A program made the position numbers and the translations under genes. Shown piece after piece: positions 42,932 through 52,408 of a DNA stretch of 64,000 nt; position 1 is the first letter of the stretch, and each line of letters opens with the position of its first letter. Under the pieces are notes generated by a model, which worked only from the letters and a program-made list of their open reading frames with translations, ran no database searches and was not told the DNA's origin. Source of the stretch: Sedimentisphaerales bacterium (GTDB lineage Bacteria > Planctomycetota > Phycisphaerae > Sedimentisphaerales > SM23-30); contig CAXXFK010000033.1 in NCBI GenBank assembly GCA_963663965.2, forward strand, positions 1-64,000, given 5' to 3'.

Positions 42932-43253
42932 AATAATATAGACTCCATACTCAAAATTTAAATGAATTAAGAATCTTAAAATCTATTTATCCCTACAACA
43001 TTATTTACTAATTTAAATAGTAGCATATTACATGAATGTATGTCAATAGTTTTTTATAATGGGTATCTTTGTTTTAAGGTCTTTATAAAACACAGTGTAT
43101 ATTATTTTGTTGACAACTCCTAAAATCAACATAAATCTCTAGATGATAAACCATTAAGAATAAACCAGCCGAATTTTTCCCTGAAACTAATCTGTCATAA
43201 AAACATAAATGGGAAAATATTATGTTAAATACAATAAAAACAAAATATTTAAT

Positions 43254-43282
43254 TTGATTTTAATTGCAACACGGTCTATAAT
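43254..43282 (+). promoter_or_regulatory. Putative sigma70 promoter facing the repeat array
   Basis: TTGATT-17 bp-TATAAT with an A/T-rich upstream tract. Confidence 0.65.
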
Positions 43283-43339
43283 CCCAAAGTCGACCCAATA
43301 GCCCTTAAACATCCCGCCTGAACCAGGCGTGCCCCGCCC

Positions 43340-44760
43340 CAACCGTCCACGCCCGCAGAGACATTCTGCGCATAAACTGTGCCACCATCAAGCTTAGCTT
43401 ATGGGTGTATGCATGGCCCAGTGCTATCTGATGCGAACCAGACCCAACCAGCCAATTTATTTTGGCTGTTAATAAGTTACGAATGAAATGGAAACCAACA
43501 AAAACAACACAACCCGGCAACCCAACCATAAAAGGCTTAAAAACGTAGCATGGGCTTCCAGCCCATGTCTATTGTTCTCCATAGATAATGGGCAACCCCC
43601 GGTTGCCCATGCCGCAGGTCCGCCGTGGCGGGCTGGTCTAACCACCATGAGCGCAGCGAATACCAACAAAAAACGAAACGAACCCAATGACAAAAAAAAT
43701 GATCATAACAATATCAATATCAAACACTTATATCGATATGGGTGCCACCTTCAAGCGCAGCTTGTGGGTGGATTCGTCGCCTTGTGAACTCCAATGTGAA
43801 TTGAGCTTATCGACAATAAAAACAACATCCGCCTCAAGGCGGATTCAAATAATATCTCGAAGAGATCAAAAGCGCATAGCCCGCCAATTCATTGGCGGGA
43901 ATACCCGAACCCGAAACGTATATTTTTTAACCCACGCCTCGCAGAGGCGTACCGCCAGGATTTCGCACCGGAGGCGAAAGATAACGTAGCATGGGCAACC
44001 CCCGGTTGCCCATGCTGGTCTAATTAACATGAGCGCAGCGAATACCAACATAAAACGAAACGAACCCAACATAAAAAAATATCGCCCTAACCTGAGCAAT
44101 AACAGGAGGATAACGAGTCCCCTGGGTGCCCCCTTCAAGCGCAGCTTATGGGTGGATTCGTCGCCTTGTGAACTCCAATGTGAACTGAGCTTATCAACAA
44201 TAAAAACAACATCCGCCTCAAGGCGGATTCAAATAATATCTCGAAGAGATCAAAAGCGCATAGCCCGCCAATTCATTGGCGGGAATACCCGAACCCGAAA
44301 CGTATATTTTTTAAACCACGCCTCGTAGAGGCGTACCGGCAGGATTTCGCACCGGAGGCGAAAGATAAAACCAACCATGAGCATAGCGAATACCAACAGA
44401 AAACGAAACGAACCCAACGATAAAAATAATAACCCTAACCTCAACAAAGAATTGAGCTTATCCATAATAAAAAACATCATCCGCCTCAAGGCGGATACAA
44501 ATAATATCTCGGAGAGATCAAATGTAAATAGCCCCCCAATTCATTGGGGGGGATAGACGAACCAACGTTTAAAAAATTAAACCCACGCCTCGTAGAGGCG
44601 CTACCGCCAGGATATCTCGCATAAGAGATAGGTAAAACAACATGAGCGCAGCGAATACCGAAACGAAACGAACCCAATATGAAAAAATATCACTCTAACC
44701 CCAACATAAAAATGAACTTAACCAAAATAAAATCATCCGCCTTGGGGCGAATACCACAAT
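43340..44760 (+). repeat. Tandem array of 260-380-bp hairpin-rich units, each with CATGAGC(G/A)(C/T)AGCGAATACC...AAACGAAACGAACCCAA
   Basis: 17-mer at 43671, 44053, 44401 and 44661; 43740-43983 nearly identical to 44124-44367; degenerate remnants at 43340-43530. Confidence 0.95.
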
Positions 44761-44810
44761 TTTGCATTTTAAATTCTAAATTTTAAATTTCTAAAACAGG
44801 AGGTACCACA

Positions 44811-45650
44811 ATGTCATCGTCACTAAGAAGACTACGCGCCAACCGTCGCAACGCCCAGAAATCCACCGGCCCAAAAACCCCCGAAGGCAAGGCCATCTCA
44901 TCCAAAAACGCCATCAAACACGGCCTCAGCGGCCAGGACCCCGCCCATCTCATTGTTCCCGGCGAGTCCGAACTCACCTACCTCGAATTCCGCGCCGCAC
45001 TGCTGCAAGATCTCAAACCAACGACTTATCTCCAGCGCCACATCGCCGACCAGATCGTCTCGGCCGCCTGGCGTCTCGAACGACTCGGCCGCATCGAAGC
45101 CGAAATGGTCGACGCCCGCGTCTACCAACTCCGGCTCACCAACGAAGAAATCCGCAAAGACACCGTCATCGACCAGCCCTTCGCCCATTCGAGTATCTAT
45201 CTCCCACGTCACAACGAGGTTGGCACTGCCTTCACCCTCGAAGTCCCCGCCTTCAACTGCCTGGCCCGCTACGAAGCTCACCTCAATCGTACCTTCCAGG
45301 CCAATCTTAAGCTCCTCCAGCAACTTCAATTAGAACAAAAACCAAACGAACCCAACACCTACCCCCCGGAGTACCCATTTCCCGGCCTGCCCCGCGTCCA
45401 CATACCCGACCCGCCCAAAATCCCCACGCACCCCAGCGAAGCCAAACTCGCCCCCGAATATATCAAAGACCGCCTGCCCGAAATGGAAAACGACCACAGC
45501 ATAACTGATGAACAGGTCTTCAGTTACGTCTGTAACCGCTTCGAAGCCCTCACCGATTTCGCCAACCAGAACGGCGAAGAAGCCCTCCACGCCCTCGGCA
45601 TCCCCACCAAACCCCCGGCCGATATCCCCATCAAGGAGGATAAGAAATAA
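44811..45650 (+). CDS. Uncharacterised protein with N-terminal RRLRANRRNAQKSTGPKTPEGK..S.KNA.KHGL and an internal KPNEPN
   Basis: 279 aa; AGGAGG RBS; AAWRLERL..IE and LARYEAHLNR helices; STGP.TPEG..KHG resembles HGGxSTG-like proteins but lacks the Cys/His knuckle. Confidence 0.8.
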   Translation: MSSSLRRLRANRRNAQKSTGPKTPEGKAISSKNAIKHGLSGQDPAHLIVPGESELTYLEFRAALLQDLKPTTYLQRHIADQIVSAAWRLERLGRIEAEMVDARVYQLRLTNEEIRKDTVIDQPFAHSSIYLPRHNEVGTAFTLEVPAFNCLARYEAHLNRTFQANLKLLQQLQLEQKPNEPNTYPPEYPFPGLPRVHIPDPPKIPTHPSEAKLAPEYIKDRLPEMENDHSITDEQVFSYVCNRFEALTDFANQNGEEALHALGIPTKPPADIPIKEDKK

Positions 45651-45687
45651 GGTAACCTCAGCCACCACAGATTGTTGAACAGGCCGG

Positions 45688-45720
45688 GCGAATTGATCCG
45701 CAAAGTCAATTCGCGCACCC
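45688..45720. repeat. REP-like hairpin between convergent genes
   Basis: GCGAATTGA-9 nt-TCAATTCGC. Confidence 0.5.
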
Positions 45721-45753
45721 AATCCACACCCGGACTCTTCACATTATATGGCT

Positions 45754-47736
45754 TTAATAATATAAGCGTAACAGCCTGACGCCATACTCCGGCAGGGTAA
45801 CCTGGTAAGTCGACTTAATTTCCGACCGCGCCAGATCCTTCTGCCGCCATGGATCGCGTATCCGCCGCGGCGTTTCCAGATCGACCTCGGACCATGGCAA
45901 AGAGACCTCCAGCGCTTCATAACCCTGGAGATTGAATATGCCAATCGCCTTTGAGCCATCCTGTAGCGGCTTGATCATCACAAAATGCTTTACATCCTGC
46001 CGCACAATCTTACCCTGGACCCCAAGCGGATCCTGATCGATATCGATCACTTCCGCGTTGCACAGGATATTCAAGGTAAAGTCATCCAGTTTGGTCATAT
46101 CCCCCGAAAAAATCAGCGGCGCGGCCATCAGGCACCACATCGACATATACTGATATTGCTGATCCGGCGATAAATGAGTCGGCTTGCCTTCTCCCATCCC
46201 ATGCGCGTTGCCAACCCAGCCAATCAGAATATAATCCGGATCGTTCCAGTGTCCCGGCCCGGCGTATTGGTCATGACGCGCGTTGGATAACCCGATATCC
46301 ATAAACGAACTCGACAGCCCCAAATCACCCGTAGTTCGCCAGCAGTTGCCGTTCACCGACTCACCCCATTCCCAGACACTGTCCATCCCATACTGGCAGA
46401 GGTTATACACAATATCGCGATCCAGGTTCTTGAGTATCTCGCCCATCAGCGCGTAGGGTTTCACATATTCGTACCGGCTCTTGCCCCTGGCGTAACGGCC
46501 ATATGAACACCAGTCATACTTCAGAAAATCGAATCCCCACTCCGCAAACTGCTGGGCGTCGAGTTGTTCATGACCATAACTCCCCGTATAACCCGCGCAA
46601 TTCCACGGCCCCGGCGAGGTATAAATCCCGGCCCGCAGCCCCTTGCTGTGGATATAGTCTGTCAAAGCGCGCATATCCGGGAATTTCGTACTCGGCAAAA
46701 TCCGGCCGCAGTCATCCCGATAAGGCTCATCCTGGTTCTTCTTGGACCAGCAGTCATCGATATTCACATACATATAACCATAATCAGCCATCCCTGTATC
46801 GATCATCTGATCGGCAGAAGCGCGCATATCAGCGTCGGTAATGCGGTTATAATGAATGTACCAGTCATTCCAGCCCATCGGCGGCGTCAGCGCCAGGGTA
46901 TCGCCCACCATAAGATTAAGCGGCCGCCGATCGGTCCCTTGTTCATTCTTCGCGGTCAGCACGACAGGATATTCACCCCGTTCCGCCGGTGAATTGCCGG
47001 TAATAATCCCCGTTTTTGCATCGAGCTTTAAGGATGGCGGCAATTGCTCCGCGCCAAATTGCATCGGACGGTTACCCGTGGCTGGAATGCGATAGATAAA
47101 TGGATTCCCCGGCCGTGCGCCAAAGACCAGCGGACCATTGATTTTAGGTGACGGTCCCGGCTTCGGTGTCAGAATATATGGCTCCGGATGTACCGGATCA
47201 ATCGCAACCGGCGGCTTTCCGTTATAGTCGATCCGGGCCATCGCCCAATTGGCATGGTCGTAATCAATCCCATCATCCGCTCCTGTGGCGATCAGCCGCA
47301 GCGTTTTGATCCCGGTCAGATCAAGGTCAATGCTTTGGGCCGGATCCGAGCCTTTAATCGTTCCACTTTCAAACAGCTTGTGTTTATCTCCAATGACAAT
47401 AAATACCACAGAACCCCGCCCTGCTGTTTCACTGTCGACTCCAACAATCGCCTTGAACCGGCTTGCCTTGCCATCGAGTTGTAATGTCCATTCGCTGTGG
47501 GCATGTGAGCCAATCCCGTGTTCATAAACCTGACCGCCCAGCGTCAATGGCTTGTCCTGAATTGATCGCTTGGCGATGGGGGCGCCCCATCCGGCCGTCA
47601 TCTTGTCCAGCTTCAGTTCATCCAGCCACTGACTCTTAGATGATGCCGCCGATAGCTGTCCCTGTCCGGCAAAGATACTTAAACAAGCGATCAAGCCAAA
47701 ATAAACGAATGAAAATCCCTGTCGATTGCAACGCAT
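45754..47736 (-). CDS. GH27 alpha-galactosidase-like protein with NPCBM and Ig-like domains
   Basis: GIGSHAHS..DHANW (NPCBM); LALTPPMGWN, NIDDCW, DFLKYDWC, WRTTGD, WNDPD. Confidence 0.9.
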   Translation of the reverse strand: MRCNRQGFSFVYFGLIACLSIFAGQGQLSAASSKSQWLDELKLDKMTAGWGAPIAKRSIQDKPLTLGGQVYEHGIGSHAHSEWTLQLDGKASRFKAIVGVDSETAGRGSVVFIVIGDKHKLFESGTIKGSDPAQSIDLDLTGIKTLRLIATGADDGIDYDHANWAMARIDYNGKPPVAIDPVHPEPYILTPKPGPSPKINGPLVFGARPGNPFIYRIPATGNRPMQFGAEQLPPSLKLDAKTGIITGNSPAERGEYPVVLTAKNEQGTDRRPLNLMVGDTLALTPPMGWNDWYIHYNRITDADMRASADQMIDTGMADYGYMYVNIDDCWSKKNQDEPYRDDCGRILPSTKFPDMRALTDYIHSKGLRAGIYTSPGPWNCAGYTGSYGHEQLDAQQFAEWGFDFLKYDWCSYGRYARGKSRYEYVKPYALMGEILKNLDRDIVYNLCQYGMDSVWEWGESVNGNCWRTTGDLGLSSSFMDIGLSNARHDQYAGPGHWNDPDYILIGWVGNAHGMGEGKPTHLSPDQQYQYMSMWCLMAAPLIFSGDMTKLDDFTLNILCNAEVIDIDQDPLGVQGKIVRQDVKHFVMIKPLQDGSKAIGIFNLQGYEALEVSLPWSEVDLETPRRIRDPWRQKDLARSEIKSTYQVTLPEYGVRLLRLYY

Positions 47737-47995
47737 AATATCACTCCCTGGTAAGTAAGTATGGTTTTGACACACGGTTACGTTGTCCCCTCAATAAGAA
47801 CCGCATTATAGCCCTTCATACTCGGATTTTACAATAATATTGTAAACTAACTTACCATTATCCATCATTATCATACCTATCTCTATTTTCCTGACCACCC
47901 ATTAGACTTATAGTGGATAAGTAATAGATCATTCCGGATAGCGTTTTTACATTATCATTAAATTAAACCAAATTTCCATTAACAGGAGCTTTAAC

Positions 47996-49351
47996 GTGAA
48001 AGGCAATAATATTCTGGCGAACTATGGTAACTGGATGATTTCAATAGTATTTATATCTACGATCAGTATCATGTTTTCCGGTTCAACCACTGTTTGGTCC
48101 CAGGAAAATAATACCTCAGCTGCCGCAGAAACAAGTCATTCCCTCCGCATCCCGGCCTATACCGCTTATACCTTACCCAATCCCGATGGCGCCAGAATTT
48201 CACAGCAACGAGGCATCACCAACTGGACCGATCCGGAATTATCCGTGAACTGGTATGGCCTGTTTAAACAGGCTGGAACCATTTCAGCAAAAGTAGATTT
48301 AAAACTCCCCGAAGGAGCATCCGCATCCTATAGCCTGACCGTCGCCGGCCAGACCCATTCCGCTCAAGCCGTTGGCGTCGCTGATAATGCGCTGGTAACA
48401 GCCGATTTTGGTAAATTCCAGATTAATCAGCCTGGCTATCAGCAGTTTATGCTTTTATGCCTTAATAAACCGGATCAGCCATTCGGTAATATTGATACGC
48501 TTATTCTGGATGGACCGGCTCTGGAAGGAGCCCATTTTAATCTCAAAGAACGACGAAACGCCGCCTCGGTCCATTTAAGTTATCAGGTGCCGGAAAATAC
48601 CAATATCGAAGCTTTTTATTGCGAAGTCACCGCCGTCGAAGACCCGGTCTGCACTTTTTACATGGCCTGTGGCTGGCATCGTGGTTATTTCGGCATGCAG
48701 GTTAACAGCCCCACTGAACGCAGGATTATCTTCAGTGTCTGGGACAGCGGCGGCGAAGCCGTTGATCGTGGCAAAGTGTCTGATGAAAATCGCGTTATCC
48801 TCCTGGACAAAGGCGACGGTGTTTATTCCGGCGATTTTGGCAATGAAGGCACCGGCGGCCACAGCCACTTAAAATATATGTGGAAAACCGGCCAGATCCA
48901 GCGCTTTCTGGTAACCGCCGAACCGGTCAATGGCACCCATACCATCTTTTCCGGCTATTATTTCCATCCCGATTCCAGAAAATGGATGTTAATTTCATCC
49001 TGGAAAGCTCCCAAAGAAGGGGGCTATCTCAAGCGCCCGCATAGCTTTAGCGAAAATTTCTGGGGTTCCAGCGGCCATATTCAACGCAAAGCCCTTTACG
49101 GCAATCAATGGATTCGTACCGATCAAGGCAAGTGGATCGAAGTGACGACTGCTTCTTTCAGTCATGATCCCACCGGCCGCGAAGACCGGCTGGATCGCTT
49201 TATGGGGGTTGAAAACGGCCAGTTTTTCCTGAGCCATGGCGGTTTTATCGAAGGCTACACCAAATTTGGAGAAAAATTCAACCGTCCCGCTACTAAAATA
49301 CCGCCATCTGATATCATTCTACCCAAACCACGCAATTATGTTTCGCAATAA
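47996..49351 (+). CDS. Secreted DUF5077/DUF3472-like protein
   Basis: RRNAASVHL, FYCEV, GYFGMQVNS..ERRIIFSVWD, FGNEGTGG, SFSENF. Confidence 0.75.
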   Translation: MKGNNILANYGNWMISIVFISTISIMFSGSTTVWSQENNTSAAAETSHSLRIPAYTAYTLPNPDGARISQQRGITNWTDPELSVNWYGLFKQAGTISAKVDLKLPEGASASYSLTVAGQTHSAQAVGVADNALVTADFGKFQINQPGYQQFMLLCLNKPDQPFGNIDTLILDGPALEGAHFNLKERRNAASVHLSYQVPENTNIEAFYCEVTAVEDPVCTFYMACGWHRGYFGMQVNSPTERRIIFSVWDSGGEAVDRGKVSDENRVILLDKGDGVYSGDFGNEGTGGHSHLKYMWKTGQIQRFLVTAEPVNGTHTIFSGYYFHPDSRKWMLISSWKAPKEGGYLKRPHSFSENFWGSSGHIQRKALYGNQWIRTDQGKWIEVTTASFSHDPTGREDRLDRFMGVENGQFFLSHGGFIEGYTKFGEKFNRPATKIPPSDIILPKPRNYVSQ

Positions 49352-49356
49352 AGCAT

Positions 49357-49393
49357 AAAAAAGCTCAAACGGGCATTCCTGTTTGAGCTTTTT
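49357..49393. terminator. Bidirectional intrinsic terminator
   Basis: AAAAAGCTCAAACGGG-CATT-CCTGTTTGAGCTTTTT between convergent genes. Confidence 0.85.
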
Positions 49394-49414
49394 AACTTGT
49401 TATCTCTACTCGCT

Positions 49415-52012
49415 TTAAACTTTGAAACGGCCCATCAGTGAGCCGATCTGTTCTGCAATCGTAGACAAATCCTGTGCGCTTGTTTGTAATTGTGTGCTTG
49501 CCTTATTCATCTGGCCGGCGGTGGTACTGACACTGATAATTTCACGGGAAATTTCCTGGGATGCCGATGCCATTTGTGAAGCGCGACTTGCGGCATCCTG
49601 GACTCCATTGGATGCTTGTGTGATATTGCCGGCCACTTCACGGGTTACCGCTGACTGTTCCTCGATCGCAGAAGCAATGGTTGTCACGATTGAGTTGACA
49701 TCCTGAATAACCTGAACGATACTTTCGATATCCGAAACCGCATTTTCCGAGGCAGTTTGAATAGCCTCGATTCGTTTTTGAATGTCGTCCGTCGCACTAT
49801 TGGTTTGTTGAGCCAGAGTTTTGATTTCATTGGCTACTACCGCGAAGCCCTTGCCTGCTTCTCCAGCCCGGGCAGCCTCAATGGTAGCGTTCAGGGCCAG
49901 CAAATTAGTTTGATCGGAAATATCCATGATGGATTCGGTCACTTTACCGATTTCCTGTGCGGCGTTGCCCAGTTCACGCATCAAACTGGCAAATGCATCG
50001 GCCTTCTGAGCCGCCTGACCGGTTGTTGAACTGGCTTTTTCGGTATTACTGGCGATTTCACTGATTGTGGATGTCATTTCCTCCGTGGCTGAGGCTACCG
50101 AAGCCAGACTGGCTGTAGCTTGTTCCATACCTGCGGCTACCGAGGTCGTATTGGCGCTCATCTGTTCAGAAGCTGCGGCTACGGTATTTGATCGCTCACT
50201 GGATTCCCGGGCGCCAGTGGAGGTTTGTTCCGAAATTGTCAGGAGATCATTCGATGCCGCTCCCAGACGATTGGCGCTACCAGCCACATCCCGGATTAAA
50301 TTTTGGATTTTATCAACAAAGATATTAAACCAGCGGGCCATTTCGCCTACTTCATCCTGGCTCTTCACCTCCAGACGACGAGTCAGATCGCCTTCACCTT
50401 CGGCAATATCTTTAAGCATAACAGTCGCGCGCTTAATCGGACGGGTGATGACACCGGCTACACTGATCATGACTATGATGCCCACGATCGTTCCAATTAT
50501 CGAAATGCCAATCAAGCGTGTAATGGCCTGATTGGCCTGTTTGACCGACGCGTCAGCCATAAGAGTAATCTCTTCCATAGGAACACTGAGGAATACTGCC
50601 CAAGGTGTATTCGTTTGACCGATGGTAAATGGAACTATGGCCAGTAGATTACCTTCATCTTCTTCAACTAACGGCTGACCGGTTTGAATCGTTTTCAAAT
50701 TTTCTTCCCAGTCTTCATGTTTCGAACTCATGGGCTTACCTGACAGTTCAGGCATGTTACTGGCGGCTACAATCGTGCCATCATAAGCGATAACATCGAC
50801 ACTCGCCATGCCTCTGTATAACTCAGAACTGGTTTGATCGACTATTGTCTGAAAAACAGCCAGGTCCAGATCAACGGTGGTGATACCATAAAATTGATTG
50901 TCAGCGACAATCGGAGCCGATACCGTCGTCATTAAAACGTCATGTCCTTGTACTGGGTACACATAAGGATTAATAATCTGCTCGCGCAGATGCTTTTTAG
51001 GTAATAAATAATAATCACCATCGCCTTCCTGCTCGTAACCCATCAGGGGTTCCAGGGCTACCTGACCAGAGGAATCATGACACCAATATGGAATGAACCG
51101 GCCGGTCGCGTCATGTCCAGTAGTATTGGCGTATTGCTGATCCAGTCCGTCAAAGGCGTTGGGTTCCCAGCAGGTACAAATTCCCACAATATCGGGGTTA
51201 TCCAGAACAACTTGACGTAACATGTTATTAACATCCTGGCGGTTCATCGCAGTGAGCGAATGAATATTAATGCCAGAGCCGATAATCCAACCGTATTCGG
51301 GAACGACTTTGCCATAGGATAATTTTTTGGTAGGTTCTGTTTGTCCGGGTTCTGGCCATTTATAACAGATATAGCCTTCACCCTGTTCCTTACATTGTTC
51401 CTGCAACGCTTTGAAAAAATTCTGGCCGTTTCGATCCTTGCCAATCGCGCAGTTATAGCTGGGATTATCCGCCTTGGTGCCTTCTAGCTCCGGTTTGATG
51501 GGATGCATCACAATGTCCGGATACGGTTCGGATTGATCCACTATCCATAGATACCCTTTTCCATCGTCGAAACGAATATTGCGAATGGTATCCAGGGCAT
51601 GTTGGCGGGCTTCCTCTTGAGTCATTTTGCCGTCCGTGACTTTTTGGGCGTACTCTTTAATTTGATAAGCTGCGCTTTCGACGATCGATTTCAACCAGTT
51701 GTATTTATGGGCTTGCATGGCCAGTTCGGTATCGGTAATTGTCGATTCATTATTGCCTATGCCACTTTTGAGTACCTCAGCCAAAGTGCGGGCCATATCC
51801 ATCGGAGCGTCTATTCTCGATGTTATTGCGGAAGATTGCTCTTGCGCGGCTTTGAGTAAAAATTGTTCTGCAACCTGTATCGATTCCTGGTGTTGCGCTT
51901 TAGCTATGGATTTCATCTGAATGAAGGAGAGGGTACTGATGATCGCACCCAGTACAACCATGACCAATCCGGAACAAAAGGCGGTTTTAAAGAGAATAGA
52001 TTTGAATTTCAT
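49415..52012 (-). CDS. Methyl-accepting chemotaxis protein with Cache sensor domains and HAMP
   Basis: 2 [15 protein letters not shown] (HAMP); [29 protein letters not shown]. Confidence 0.95.
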   Translation of the reverse strand: MKFKSILFKTAFCSGLVMVVLGAIISTLSFIQMKSIAKAQHQESIQVAEQFLLKAAQEQSSAITSRIDAPMDMARTLAEVLKSGIGNNESTITDTELAMQAHKYNWLKSIVESAAYQIKEYAQKVTDGKMTQEEARQHALDTIRNIRFDDGKGYLWIVDQSEPYPDIVMHPIKPELEGTKADNPSYNCAIGKDRNGQNFFKALQEQCKEQGEGYICYKWPEPGQTEPTKKLSYGKVVPEYGWIIGSGINIHSLTAMNRQDVNNMLRQVVLDNPDIVGICTCWEPNAFDGLDQQYANTTGHDATGRFIPYWCHDSSGQVALEPLMGYEQEGDGDYYLLPKKHLREQIINPYVYPVQGHDVLMTTVSAPIVADNQFYGITTVDLDLAVFQTIVDQTSSELYRGMASVDVIAYDGTIVAASNMPELSGKPMSSKHEDWEENLKTIQTGQPLVEEDEGNLLAIVPFTIGQTNTPWAVFLSVPMEEITLMADASVKQANQAITRLIGISIIGTIVGIIVMISVAGVITRPIKRATVMLKDIAEGEGDLTRRLEVKSQDEVGEMARWFNIFVDKIQNLIRDVAGSANRLGAASNDLLTISEQTSTGARESSERSNTVAAASEQMSANTTSVAAGMEQATASLASVASATEEMTSTISEIASNTEKASSTTGQAAQKADAFASLMRELGNAAQEIGKVTESIMDISDQTNLLALNATIEAARAGEAGKGFAVVANEIKTLAQQTNSATDDIQKRIEAIQTASENAVSDIESIVQVIQDVNSIVTTIASAIEEQSAVTREVAGNITQASNGVQDAASRASQMASASQEISREIISVSTTAGQMNKASTQLQTSAQDLSTIAEQIGSLMGRFKV

Positions 52013-52408
52013 TTTGTTCTCACTTTCGAGTTAGCTGATTTTTAATCATGATCTTAATATTTCAGGTCGCGGTTTATTTTTTCTGGATTAAGATTGGTAT
52101 CAAGATATGTTCTATATGTCGAAAAAGTGATGTTGTTACTTAATTAGAGTCGTTAGCCAACCTGAAGTTATTAAAGTTAAGGAATACTTATGGGGAGAGA
52201 TATTAAAAATATATTACAATAAATCCATAAAAACCCCATAAATACATGGTATAGAATTGATTTCTTCAATAAGGAATGAGGTTAGGGTCTTTTGTGTTAG
52301 TATTTGATTTGGTTCGATTTTCGTAAGTTATGAGACCAGACGGATTAAAAACTGAAGAGATCGTAATTTAAATAAATGGGATTTCAGCATGCGAATATAA
52401 AGTTTGAT

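Noticed and set aside
43305..44677. Small ORFs inside the array (e.g. 43687-43989, 44029-44328)
   Set aside because: Their similarity follows from the DNA repeat; frames and stops differ between units and no clear RBS precedes them. Short peptides cannot be fully excluded.
43340..44760. CRISPR, integron or DGR interpretation of the 43-44 kb array
   Set aside because: Units are 260-380 bp and homologous throughout; no attC-bounded cassettes, integrase, reverse transcriptase or adenine-specific template/variable pair seen.
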